A stretch of DNA of 64,000 nt, taken from positions 14,642 through 78,641 of the forward strand of contig CACEDQ010000002.1 in the NCBI GenBank assembly GCA_902558375.1. Reading direction: 5' to 3'. This DNA comes from an uncultured SAR86 cluster bacterium (GTDB lineage: Bacteria > Pseudomonadota > Gammaproteobacteria > Magnimaribacterales > D2472). The position numbers and the translations under genes are program-made. The notes beneath the pieces were generated by a model that had not been told where the DNA came from, made no database searches, and worked only from the letters and a program-made list of their open reading frames with translations. Numbering within the stretch: the stretch's first letter is position 1; each line of letters begins with the position of its first letter. Below, one piece after another: positions 28,707-38,204 of the stretch.

Positions 28707-29219
28707 ATGAATGAATTATTAAGTCTAGGTTTAGGAGTTTTAAGTTATGCATTCATTTTGCTTTTTATTTTTAATTTACTGAAAATTGATTACTACAATC
28801 CAATAGTTAAGGGTTTTGTAAATATCTATAAGCCTATTGCTAAAGTATCCATTTTTTCAAATCAGCTATATACGATATTTATTATTGCTGTTCTACTTAG
28901 GTTTTCTAACTTTTATATTCTGTACTCATCTCAGTATGACGTATATACCCTCGGCTTAATATCAATAATTGAAGTTTTAAATACTTCACTTACAATTTTT
29001 TTCTTTTCAGTTATTGGGGCAGTTATTCTTAGCTGGGTAGCTCCTAATAGTCCTCACCCAATGCTACAAATCATTGAAGAAATTTCTTCAAAACTCCTTT
29101 CACCAATTAGAAAATTTATACCTTCTGCTGGTGGGCTTGATTTTTCTCCAATATTTGCCTTAATCCTAATAAGGCAGTTAGAGATATTGCTAGCTAGTAT
29201 AATTAGATCAATTATATGA
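28707..29219 (+). CDS. yggT: YggT-family membrane protein
   Basis: 170-aa, 4-TM protein at the conserved position after proC. Contains a GGLDFSPI motif. Confidence 0.75.
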   Translation: MNELLSLGLGVLSYAFILLFIFNLLKIDYYNPIVKGFVNIYKPIAKVSIFSNQLYTIFIIAVLLRFSNFYILYSSQYDVYTLGLISIIEVLNTSLTIFFFSVIGAVILSWVAPNSPHPMLQIIEEISSKLLSPIRKFIPSAGGLDFSPIFALILIRQLEILLASIIRSII

Positions 29220-30313
29220 AAACGAAAACCGAGCTAATTAAATTTAATCAAGGCTTAGATCTAGAGTCTGGAGCAAGACTAGATACATTCGATCTAATGG
29301 TTGAGACATATGGTGAGCTGAATAAAGATAAAGATAATGCAATCTTGGTATGTCATGCATTTTCAGGAAATCACCATGCTGCAGGTAAATCATCTGATAA
29401 CGAAGCTTTGGGTTGGTGGGATGAAGTTATTGGTCCAGGAAAAGCAATTAACACCGATAAATTTTTTGTTGTTTGTTCTAATAATTTAGGCGGTTGCTCT
29501 GGTTCATCTGGACCACTTAGTCTTAATCCTGAAACTAATGAATTATATGGGAAAGATTTTCCATTAGTCTCGGTAACTGACTGGGTAAACTCGCAAAAAC
29601 TTTTATCTGATTATTTAGGTATTTCTAAATGGTATATGGTTGCAGGCGGAAGTCTTGGTGGTATGCAGGCTCTTCAATGGGCTATTTCATACCCCAACAA
29701 ACTTAAAAAAGCAGGTATATTTGCAACAGCAACAAAATCAAGTACTCAAAACATAGCCATGAACGAAGTTGGAAGAGAGGCTATAAGAAAAGATAAGAAT
29801 TTTATGGAGGGTGATTATCTTAACCATAATGTAAAACCAAAAAGTGGGCTAAAGACAGCACGAATGCTTGGCCACATAACATATTCTTCTGAAGATATTA
29901 TGGATCAAAAATTTGGTAGAAAATTTCAAGATATAAAATCGAAAATAGAAGGAACAGTTGATTATGAGGTTGAAAATTATCTTCAATATAAAGGTGAAAA
30001 GTTTTCTGATACATTTGATGCAAATAGCTATATTTTAATGACCAAGGCAATGGACGGTTATGATGCTTCGTTTTCTAGCAATGGAAGCCTTGAAGAAGTT
30101 ATGAAGCGTATAAAAGCCAAGCTATTAGTAGTTGGTTTTGATAGTGATTGGTTGTATCCACCAAAAAGAAGTAAAGAAATTCAACTAGCCGCAATGAATG
30201 TTGATGTTGAATGTTCTTGTGTAATTCTAAAGGGTGAGCAAGGTCATGATAGTTTTTTATTTGCATCTGATAGATACGTTGCAATTATCAAGGGATTTTT
30301 AGATTCAAAATGA
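29216..30313 (+). CDS. metX: homoserine O-acyltransferase (MetX)
   Basis: Alpha/beta hydrolase with NAILVCHAFSGNHH and nucleophile GGSLGGMQ. C-terminal GHDSFL. Followed by metW. Confidence 0.9.
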   Translation: MKTKTELIKFNQGLDLESGARLDTFDLMVETYGELNKDKDNAILVCHAFSGNHHAAGKSSDNEALGWWDEVIGPGKAINTDKFFVVCSNNLGGCSGSSGPLSLNPETNELYGKDFPLVSVTDWVNSQKLLSDYLGISKWYMVAGGSLGGMQALQWAISYPNKLKKAGIFATATKSSTQNIAMNEVGREAIRKDKNFMEGDYLNHNVKPKSGLKTARMLGHITYSSEDIMDQKFGRKFQDIKSKIEGTVDYEVENYLQYKGEKFSDTFDANSYILMTKAMDGYDASFSSNGSLEEVMKRIKAKLLVVGFDSDWLYPPKRSKEIQLAAMNVDVECSCVILKGEQGHDSFLFASDRYVAIIKGFLDSK

Positions 30314-30903
30314 ATACTTCGCTTACAAATATCATAAAAAAATGGGTTCCAGAAAAAAGCAAAGTTATTGATTTTGGTTGTGGTGATGGGTCTTTATTGA
30401 AAGACTTAATTGATGAAAAAAATATACGTGGCTATGGTGTAGAAATTGATCATAATAAAATTCAAGAATGTATTCTTAAAGGTATATCTGTTATAGAAAA
30501 AGATATAGACGAAGGCATTCAAGACTTTGAGTCATGCAATTTTGATGTTGCTGTAATGGCAAGCTCAATTCAGTGCCTTAAAGAACCACACTTGGCTTTA
30601 AGAAAAATGCTTAAGCTTTCAAAACAATGTATTGTTACTCTCCCAAATTTAGGTTTTTGGAAGTGTAGACTTGATTTAGCCCAAGGCAGAATGCCGGTTA
30701 CACCCAATCTTCCATCAAGCTGGTATGAAACCAAAAACTTACATCTTTGTACAATTAAAGATTTTGAAACACTGTGTTTTGAAGAAGGTTTTGTTATTAA
30801 CGAAAAGTTTTTTCTTAATGATAAAGGCGCTAAGAGCGCTATGGCTTCAATATTTCCAAACACTTTTGCCTCCGAGGGAATTTATCTAATTGCTAAAAAA
30901 TAA
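30310..30903 (+). CDS. metW: methionine biosynthesis protein MetW
   Basis: 197 aa, SAM-MTase-like motif VIDFGCGDGSLL, ATGA-coupled to metX. Confidence 0.85.
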   Translation: MNTSLTNIIKKWVPEKSKVIDFGCGDGSLLKDLIDEKNIRGYGVEIDHNKIQECILKGISVIEKDIDEGIQDFESCNFDVAVMASSIQCLKEPHLALRKMLKLSKQCIVTLPNLGFWKCRLDLAQGRMPVTPNLPSSWYETKNLHLCTIKDFETLCFEEGFVINEKFFLNDKGAKSAMASIFPNTFASEGIYLIAKK

Positions 30904-31486
30904 TAAAGTTCTTCTTGCTTCGTCTAATCAAGGAAAAATAAGGGAATTCAAAAAGATTTTTAAAGGCTTTGATTTTATATCTCAAGAAGATTTGGGAATT
31001 GATGATGCTGTTGAGGATGGAATTTCTTTTTTTGAAAATGCATTAAAAAAAGCTAGACATGGTTCAAATAAATCAGGACTCTTAACAATTGCTGATGATT
31101 CTGGATTGGTTGTGCCAGAGTTAGATTATGAACCAGGAATCTATTCAGCAAGATATGCGGGTGACGGAGCCTCAGATAAAGATAATAGGGATAAAATTAT
31201 TGATCAATTAAACAAGAAAAATGTTTCATCTCTTGAGGCCTTTTATATATGTGTCTTAGTCGGTGTTCGCTCAGATTTAGATCCCATCCCTCTTTACTCT
31301 GTTGGTGAAATTCATGGAAGAATATCAACAAAAAGTTCAGGCGATGGAGGTTTTGGCTATGACAAAATTTTTTATCCAAATGGATATGATGTATCTATGG
31401 CCTCTATTGATCCTGAAGAAAAAAATAAAATAAGTCACAGAGCCGTTGCTGCAAGATCATTCATTAAAGAGCTTGAAAAACTTTAA
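30890..31486 (+). CDS. rdgB: dITP/XTP pyrophosphatase (Ham1/RdgB)
   Basis: VLLASSNQGKIREF N-terminus, SARYAG, GFGYDKIF and SHRAVA motifs. Only a TTG (30890) is available as an in-frame start near the conserved N-terminus. Confidence 0.85.
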   Translation: MLKNNKVLLASSNQGKIREFKKIFKGFDFISQEDLGIDDAVEDGISFFENALKKARHGSNKSGLLTIADDSGLVVPELDYEPGIYSARYAGDGASDKDNRDKIIDQLNKKNVSSLEAFYICVLVGVRSDLDPIPLYSVGEIHGRISTKSSGDGGFGYDKIFYPNGYDVSMASIDPEEKNKISHRAVAARSFIKELEKL

Positions 31487-32606
31487 TCCAAATAAAGTAC
31501 CTATATCACTTTATATTCATCTGCCCTGGTGCGAGAAAAGATGTCCTTACTGTGACTTCAATATCAACACAAATAAATTAGATGGGGATGAAGAAAGGCT
31601 ATTGGTTGCTCTTAATCAGGATTTAAAAGACTCAATGAAATATATTCAAAAAAGAAAATTCTGCTCTATTTACTTTGGGGGCGGAACTCCGTCATTGGTA
31701 TCTTCAAAGATAATAAAAAGCATTATCAAAAATTTAAAAGCTATGAAGCTTTTAAAAGAAGAATGTGAAATAAGCTTTGAGTTAAATCCAAAAGAAGTGT
31801 CTCACTCTTATTTAAATAAAATTATTGCTGCTGGAGTCAATAGAGTTTCAATAGGTATACAAAGTTTTGATCAAGAGGTGTTAGGTAGCTTAGAAAGAAA
31901 TCATACTGCTAATGATAGTTACCAAGCAATTAAAGTTGCTTCTGAATATAAAAACATCAATATTTCAATTGATCTAATTTATGGAATTATGGACCAATCA
32001 ATTGCTTCTCTAAAAAAAGATATTGAAATATTCTGCAAAAATAAAATTGATCACTTATCTCTATACCAACTAACCATTGAACCCAATACAATTTTTTATA
32101 AAAAAGAGTTAAATATCCCATCTGATAAGACCATAGAATCAATGGAATTGGCTGCAAAAGATATTCTCAATAGAAATAATATTTTTCAATATGAGGTTTC
32201 ATCATGGTCCAAAAATAACAAAGTAAGTAAACATAATATGAATTATTGGTTATATGGTGATTATCTCGGCATAGGTCCAGGTGCTCACAGTAAAATTACA
32301 TTAGAAAATTCAATAACGAGGATGATTAAATTAAAAAAAGTTGAATCTTATATCAATAATCCCTCAAAGATAACAAAGGTTAAAATAGATGACTCATCAT
32401 ATGATCTTGATCTTGCAATGAATGTCTTGAGAGTTAAAAACGGCACTTCATTTAAAGACCTTGAGAAAAGAGGCGTTTATATACCCGATACTTTTAAAGA
32501 AAAATTATTTATGGGTTATAAAAAGGGTTTAATAGAAAAAAATTTAATTAAGGCAACCGATCAAGGTTATAAGTTTCTGAACGATACCGTAAATACTTTT
32601 AACTAA
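31446..32606 (+). CDS. hemW: radical-SAM heme chaperone HemW (coproporphyrinogen-III-oxidase-like)
   Basis: LYIHLPWCEKRCPYCDF (CxxxCxxC), GGGTPS, 386 aa. There is no in-frame ATG upstream of the cluster, so the start is TTG at 31446 or 31473. Confidence 0.85.
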   Translation: MLQDHSLKSLKNFNPNKVPISLYIHLPWCEKRCPYCDFNINTNKLDGDEERLLVALNQDLKDSMKYIQKRKFCSIYFGGGTPSLVSSKIIKSIIKNLKAMKLLKEECEISFELNPKEVSHSYLNKIIAAGVNRVSIGIQSFDQEVLGSLERNHTANDSYQAIKVASEYKNINISIDLIYGIMDQSIASLKKDIEIFCKNKIDHLSLYQLTIEPNTIFYKKELNIPSDKTIESMELAAKDILNRNNIFQYEVSSWSKNNKVSKHNMNYWLYGDYLGIGPGAHSKITLENSITRMIKLKKVESYINNPSKITKVKIDDSSYDLDLAMNVLRVKNGTSFKDLEKRGVYIPDTFKEKLFMGYKKGLIEKNLIKATDQGYKFLNDTVNTFN

Positions 32607-33247
32607 ATTTTCTTTAGCGAAAACGGATAAATTTTTCTACCCTCTTCTACAGCCCTCTGCTGGAACTTGGTTAACATTATATTTTCATAGGGAGATGAGC
32701 TTAAAACTTTGAAATCTAAATTTTGACCAATAGATTCATCGATTGATTCAGCATAATTCTCCCAATCTGTTGACATAAAAAGGTGACCGTCTGAATGTAA
32801 AACTTTATAAATTGAATCTAAAAATTCTGAGTTTATCATTCGTCTTTTATGGTGTTTTAACTTGGGCCATGGGTCGGGGCATATTATTAAAACTTCATCA
32901 AAGATTGATTCATTAATTTCTTCTATAAATAATCTTATATCCCCGGTCACTAATCTAATATTGGCAAGCTCATTATCATTAATTGCTCCAAGAACCTGCC
33001 CAATTCCAGCCATATACACTTCTGAACCTATATATAAATTTTGAGGATTTTCTTTAGCTAAATTTATAAGATTCTCTCCGTTGCCAAAGCCTATTTCTAA
33101 AATAATTCTTTTAAAGTTGTTTTTCTCGAGAAGTATCTGTGCATGAGAAGTTACATGATATTTATGTAAAAAGTTCAGGTTATCTTCTTGGCTTTTAGTT
33201 ATACGCCCCTTTCTTTGAACAAAAGATGGTAGAAATTTGTTGCGCAT
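32603..33247 (-). CDS. trmB: tRNA (guanine-N7)-methyltransferase
   Basis: LEIGFGNGENL SAM motif, CPDPWPKLKHHKRR block, 214 aa. Confidence 0.85.
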   Translation of the reverse strand: MRNKFLPSFVQRKGRITKSQEDNLNFLHKYHVTSHAQILLEKNNFKRIILEIGFGNGENLINLAKENPQNLYIGSEVYMAGIGQVLGAINDNELANIRLVTGDIRLFIEEINESIFDEVLIICPDPWPKLKHHKRRMINSEFLDSIYKVLHSDGHLFMSTDWENYAESIDESIGQNLDFKVLSSSPYENIMLTKFQQRAVEEGRKIYPFSLKKI

Positions 33248-33274
33248 TTATAAATGAAATATCAATTAATCTAA

Positions 33275-34135
33275 TTAGGCAGCACTTACCATTATGGCTT
33301 TTAATTTTTTTAATGCTCCATTTTCGATTTGCCTAATTCTTTCTGCAGAAACTTCATACTCTTCAGCTAACTCATGTAATGTTGCTTTATCGTCTGCTAA
33401 GTATCTTCTTTGAAGAATGTCTTTGCTTCTATCATCTAACATTTTAAGGGCTTCAACTAATTCGCTTTGATTCATATCATCAGCTTCTGCATTTGCAACA
33501 ATAACCTCAGGATCATATGTCTTGTCTTCAATATATTGAGAAGGTGACATCATCTCATTATCATCACCAGAGGGAACTGGAGTATCAAATGAAGCGTCAT
33601 TAGATGAAAGCCTGTTTTCCATATGAAGCACATCCTTTACTTCTACATTGAGATCTTTAGCAATATTCTCTGCTTCTTCTTTAGTAAGCCATTCAAGACT
33701 CTTTTTCTTGCCTCTAAGGTTGAAAAATAACTTTCTTTGAGCTTTTGTTGTAGCTATTTTTACAAGCCTCCAGTTTTTAAGTATGTACTCATGAATTTCA
33801 GCTTTAATCCAGTGAACTGCAAAAGAAACAACTTTCACCCCTCTATGAGGATCATATTTATCAACCGCTTTCATTAGTCCAACATTACCTTCTTGAATAA
33901 TGTCAGCCAAAGGAAGGCCGTAACCCTGATATGATCTTGCAATATGAACAACAAATCTTAGATGGTGAATAACTAACTGTCTTGCAGCATCTAGATCGTC
34001 TTCTTCATATAGTTTGAGCGCTAATTCCTGCTCTTCTTCTTTAGACAATATAGGAATTGAGTGCACAGAAGCTAAATAGGACTCAATATCCTTGCCAGGA
34101 CTATTTAACTGAGATGGTTGTAACTGTGTTCCCAT
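33275..34135 (-). CDS. rpoH: RNA polymerase sigma-32 (heat-shock sigma factor)
   Basis: RpoH box QRKLFFNLR. Sigma-70 regions 2 (GNVGLMKAVDKYDP) and 4 (ERIRQIENGALKKLK). 286 aa. Confidence 0.9.
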   Translation of the reverse strand: MGTQLQPSQLNSPGKDIESYLASVHSIPILSKEEEQELALKLYEEDDLDAARQLVIHHLRFVVHIARSYQGYGLPLADIIQEGNVGLMKAVDKYDPHRGVKVVSFAVHWIKAEIHEYILKNWRLVKIATTKAQRKLFFNLRGKKKSLEWLTKEEAENIAKDLNVEVKDVLHMENRLSSNDASFDTPVPSGDDNEMMSPSQYIEDKTYDPEVIVANAEADDMNQSELVEALKMLDDRSKDILQRRYLADDKATLHELAEEYEVSAERIRQIENGALKKLKAIMVSAA

Positions 34136-34193
34136 ACTTAATATAAATTTTGTTTATAATTAATTATATTATTAATTAATGTTATACACAAAA

Positions 34194-35006
34194 TTATACC
34201 AATTTTTTATAAAACTCGCTCAAAATAGGCAAATATTGGTCTTTTATGGCTTCATTTCTAAATGCTGCAAAAGCTGGATTTAAGATGCTTTCCTCTTTTG
34301 AGTATTTTAGGTCTTCAGCATTTGCCATTTGAGAAATACTTCCGCCATATGCATTTAATATAGCGTTTCCAGCTGCTATATCCCATTCTGAAGTGGGTCC
34401 AAATCTTGGATATATATCAGCCTTATTATCTGCGAGTGCGCACAATTTCAATGAGCTACCCTTTTCTATTATTTCGTAAGAAACGTTTAAACTATTGAGA
34501 TAATCAAGAAACATTTTGTCTTTATCTGTTTGATGGCTTTTACTCATTACTATTCTTAAACTATCTGGTATCGTTTCTTCATTTCTAATAATATTAAATT
34601 TTGATCCAAACCAAATTTGAGTTGAAATTGGCGCACATATAATTCCAAAAATAGCTTTCGTGTTTTCTATCAGTGCAATATTTACAGTAAAGTCTTTGGA
34701 CTTATTTAAGAACTCTCTTGTTCCATCCAAAGGGTCAACCAACCAATATGGGATATTGGGTACATCTAATTCTTTTTTATAAGTTTCTTCTGAAACTATC
34801 GGAATGTTTGGAGTAATTTCTTTGAGAGCATCGACAATGATTTTGTTTGCATTTTTGTCAGCTTCTGTAACTGGGGAACCATCGGATTTTACTTCGCTTT
34901 CAAAATCATCTTTTCTATAAACGTCCATAATTGCATTTGCTGCATCTTGCACGATTTTTTTTAGTGGCTGGTTTAGGCTTTCTAGAAACCCTGCATCAAT
35001 TGACAT
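34194..35006 (-). CDS. cysQ: 3'(2'),5'-bisphosphate nucleotidase
   Basis: Inositol-monophosphatase fold motifs: SEE, WLVDPLDGTREF and WDIAAG. 270 aa. Confidence 0.8.
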   Translation of the reverse strand: MSIDAGFLESLNQPLKKIVQDAANAIMDVYRKDDFESEVKSDGSPVTEADKNANKIIVDALKEITPNIPIVSEETYKKELDVPNIPYWLVDPLDGTREFLNKSKDFTVNIALIENTKAIFGIICAPISTQIWFGSKFNIIRNEETIPDSLRIVMSKSHQTDKDKMFLDYLNSLNVSYEIIEKGSSLKLCALADNKADIYPRFGPTSEWDIAAGNAILNAYGGSISQMANAEDLKYSKEESILNPAFAAFRNEAIKDQYLPILSEFYKKLV

Positions 35007-35010
35007 AACG

Positions 35011-35868
35011 TTAATTTGCCTTATCTTTTAGCTTGAGTGCTTCCAGCCTCATTTGCATAAGCTCATCTTCTGTATCTGGATACTCATTGTTATAGATTGA
35101 TGCCTCCCATCTTCCATACATCGGATTGGTAATCATGAACCATTTTGAACCCCACATATGTTTGTAGGTGTCAGCCAGGTTTTTTCTTGAATCTAATTCA
35201 AGCGTTGTTTCATCTAGTGGTAAAAAATCACCAAGTTGATCACCAATAAGCAATAAAATTCTATAATCTTTTGCAATCAACTCTCTTCTTGAAACCTTGT
35301 CAGAGGTCCAACCATTTTCATCCTTCATTAATAAAACATCTCTATCCGTATCAAGAGGAAGTCCAAGTCTCTTTATGTTATTACGTGTTGCATCTTCTGC
35401 AACTGCAATCCTATTTGTTACATAGAAAATTTTTACACCCTTGCTTTGTGCATATTCTAAAAAGTCTGATACTCCAGCAACAGCATCAGAAGATTCTTCA
35501 AGCATCCATTCAAGCCATCCTATCGGATAGGATTGACCATTAATAATAGATCTAGCTTGAAAAGGAATATTATTTAAGACTGTTTCATCAATATCTAAAA
35601 TTATTGCAGGTGGTTTATTTTTGAAATTTTTTTTCTGCTCTATTGCTGCAGTCCAGCTAAGATCATTTAGTGCTCTATCAAGAGCTGACTTTGCATTAAC
35701 ATATGTTTGTATATTGCTTGCCTCATGCTCTGCTGAAGACTGAGCATATAGGACTGAGAGCATTGATTGAGCTTGAAGAGAATTATCTAATTCTTTTTCT
35801 TTTGCATGCATATTATCAACAAACACGCAAAGGATAAGGCAGAAATATAGTAGATTCCGTGATTTCAT
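35011..35868 (-). CDS. class C acid phosphatase / 5'-nucleotidase, lipoprotein e(P4) family (HAD)
   Basis: Signal peptide, DDDD-type motifs ILDIDETVLNN and GDQLGDF, 285 aa. Confidence 0.75.
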   Translation of the reverse strand: MKSRNLLYFCLILCVFVDNMHAKEKELDNSLQAQSMLSVLYAQSSAEHEASNIQTYVNAKSALDRALNDLSWTAAIEQKKNFKNKPPAIILDIDETVLNNIPFQARSIINGQSYPIGWLEWMLEESSDAVAGVSDFLEYAQSKGVKIFYVTNRIAVAEDATRNNIKRLGLPLDTDRDVLLMKDENGWTSDKVSRRELIAKDYRILLLIGDQLGDFLPLDETTLELDSRKNLADTYKHMWGSKWFMITNPMYGRWEASIYNNEYPDTEDELMQMRLEALKLKDKAN

Positions 35869-35885
35869 AGATTAAGAGCATTATA

Positions 35886-36080
35886 ATGCCAATAATTAAA
35901 TTTAAGTTACAAAAACCTATGAATAGTGAACTATTAGAAAATCTTAATAAACTAAAGAAAATGCTTGTTTTGTTAAGTGAAGAGAGAAAAGTTGTAATGT
36001 CTCATCATAAGACATTTGAGCACGTGGAAAAGATGCGCAACATTGTTAATGAATCAATAGAAATTGCTGAAAATGAGTAA
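35886..36080 (+). CDS. hypothetical small coiled-coil protein
   Basis: 64-aa ORF that overlaps the next gene's ATG by 8 nt. Weak RBS and no recognisable family. It may not be expressed. Confidence 0.3.
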   Translation: MPIIKFKLQKPMNSELLENLNKLKKMLVLLSEERKVVMSHHKTFEHVEKMRNIVNESIEIAENE

Positions 36081-36930
36081 ATATTCTTGTTTCGAAGTTC
36101 AAATTAATGATGGCATTGCTCATCTTATTATGAACAGACCTGATCAATTAAACTCAATGACAAGAATTTTTTGGAAAGAGCTACCAGAGATAGTTAAAGA
36201 TATTGATAAAAAGTCTGATGCAAGAGTTTTAATATTATCTGGTCAAGGTAAACATTTTAGTGCTGGTATGGATTTTGCTAACTTTGCACCTCCAAAAAAA
36301 TCTGAAAAAGAAATTGATCCAGCAAGGAAAAGAGAAGCTTTTTATCATGAAGTCTTAGAACTTCAGGATACTTTTACAGCTCTTGAAGAATGCAGAATGC
36401 CAACCATAGCTGCTATTCAGGGTGGATGCATTGGCGGTGCCATTGATATGGCAGCGGCATGTGATATGAGATATTGCTCTGAAAATGCTTTCTTTAAAAT
36501 TGCAGAAGTTGATATAGGTATTGCAGCTGATGTTGGCACACTTCAAAGACTGCCATCTTTAATTCCTTTGGCTGTTTTAAGAGAACTTGCATACACAGGA
36601 AGAAAATGTGACTCTGCAGAAGCTAAATCTCTTGGTCTTGTTAATGAAGTTTACTCATCAGTAGATAATATGATGAAAGAGGTACAGAAATTAGCTCAAA
36701 CAATTGCGAGCAAATCTCCTCTTGTTACCAGAGTAATTAAAAAACAAATTAACTATGCAAGAGATAATTCAGTAAGAGATTCCTTGGAATATCACGCCAT
36801 GTGGAATGCCAGCTTAATTAGTCATAAAGATACAGAAACTGCACTGACAGCATTTATGAATAAATCTGAGGGTGAATTTGATGACCTAGAAGAGATGAAA
36901 TCTTTTTGGGAAAAAGAAGGGTTAATTTAA
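36073..36930 (+). CDS. enoyl-CoA hydratase/isomerase family (dienoyl-CoA-isomerase-like)
   Basis: Crotonase fold with GKHFSAGMDF and AAIQGGCIGGAIDMAAACDMRY. The first ATG is at 36073; the track uses TTG at 36064. Confidence 0.8.
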   Translation: MSKYSCFEVQINDGIAHLIMNRPDQLNSMTRIFWKELPEIVKDIDKKSDARVLILSGQGKHFSAGMDFANFAPPKKSEKEIDPARKREAFYHEVLELQDTFTALEECRMPTIAAIQGGCIGGAIDMAAACDMRYCSENAFFKIAEVDIGIAADVGTLQRLPSLIPLAVLRELAYTGRKCDSAEAKSLGLVNEVYSSVDNMMKEVQKLAQTIASKSPLVTRVIKKQINYARDNSVRDSLEYHAMWNASLISHKDTETALTAFMNKSEGEFDDLEEMKSFWEKEGLI

Positions 36931-37694
36931 TCTCTTAAAAATACTGGCTCTGTAGCCGTTGATTCAGCTTTAGAGTAATAATAGCCATCTGAGTTGAAAT
37001 CAGAAAGCTCTTCAAAATCTTTTACGTTGTTTTCAATAATCCACCTAGCCATGAGGCCTCTGGCTTTTTTCGCATAAAAACTAATAATTTTGTATTTCCC
37101 ATTTTTACAATCTTTAAATACAGGCGAGACAACATTTACATAGTCTGGCATTTTGCCCAAAACGCTAAAATATTCTTTAGAGGCTAAATTGATTAAAAGA
37201 TCAGATTTTTGAGACTCCAAATCATTCAATACATTTTCTTGAATTGAGTCACCCCAAAATTCATACAAGTTTTTACCTTTACTCGTTTCTAGTTTTGTCC
37301 CCATTTCTAATCTGTAAGGCTTAATAACATCCATAGGTCTTAATATTCCATATAATCCTGATAGGATTCTTAAATGCTTTTGAGCAAATTTAATTTGCTT
37401 AGCATTGAGGGTTTCAGCATCGAGCCCTTGATAAACATCACCTTTAAAAACTAACAATGAAGGCTTGCTATCTTCTGATAAAGTTTTAGATGCCTTCCAT
37501 GATTGATATCGATCAAAATTTAATGCTGCTAACTTATCACTTAGCCCCATAAGACTGGCAATATCTTTTGGTTCCTTGTCTTTAAGTGTTTTTATAAGAC
37601 TTGAAGATTGGCTTAGAAACTGGGGTGCAGTATGATTGCTTGTAGAATCAACTTCATAATCCAGAGTTTTTGCAGGTGAGAGTACAATTAACAT
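36927..37694 (-). CDS. yaaA: peroxide-stress protein YaaA (UPF0246/DUF328)
   Basis: Starting at the internal ATG 37694 gives MLIVLSPAKTLDY, the canonical YaaA N-terminus. The track start (37727) adds 11 aa. Confidence 0.85.
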   Translation of the reverse strand: MLIVLSPAKTLDYEVDSTSNHTAPQFLSQSSSLIKTLKDKEPKDIASLMGLSDKLAALNFDRYQSWKASKTLSEDSKPSLLVFKGDVYQGLDAETLNAKQIKFAQKHLRILSGLYGILRPMDVIKPYRLEMGTKLETSKGKNLYEFWGDSIQENVLNDLESQKSDLLINLASKEYFSVLGKMPDYVNVVSPVFKDCKNGKYKIISFYAKKARGLMARWIIENNVKDFEELSDFNSDGYYYSKAESTATEPVFLRD

Positions 37695-37730
37695 GATAAA
37701 TATTCTAACTAAATCTGAGTCAGACATCTA

Positions 37731-38204
37731 ATGAAAGTTCTAGAAAAGTATATAAATTTTGTAGGTGAAAAAATATCCTACCTGATACCGGTTATGGTTA
37801 TCTTAATGATTTTTGTAATTGTTAGTAGGTATTTTTTTGGGATTGGGAGAACTGATATCCAAGAATTGGTTATGTATTTTCATGCTCTAGTGTTTCTTGG
37901 TTGCGCAGGTTATGTAATGAATCATGATGAACATGTAAGAGTTGATATTTTTTATAGAAATGCATCTGATAGGTATAAAAAAAATATAAACACTATATTT
38001 GGTTTATTATTTCTGCTGCCTCTAATTGCTGTTACATTTTTTTATTCTGTTGGAACAATCGAAGCTTCTTGGAAGATGAGTGAAACTTCTACAGAAGCTG
38101 GTGGCTTGGCATATGTATACATTCAAAAAACATTAATGGTTCTATTTCCAATAACGCTTTTAGCAGCACTAGTTAACCAATTTATAAAAACAAAATGGAA
38201 ATAA
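37731..38204 (+). CDS. dctQ: TRAP transporter small permease subunit
   Basis: 157-aa, 4-TM protein immediately upstream of DctM and overlapping it by 10 nt. Confidence 0.8.
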   Translation: MKVLEKYINFVGEKISYLIPVMVILMIFVIVSRYFFGIGRTDIQELVMYFHALVFLGCAGYVMNHDEHVRVDIFYRNASDRYKKNINTIFGLLFLLPLIAVTFFYSVGTIEASWKMSETSTEAGGLAYVYIQKTLMVLFPITLLAALVNQFIKTKWK

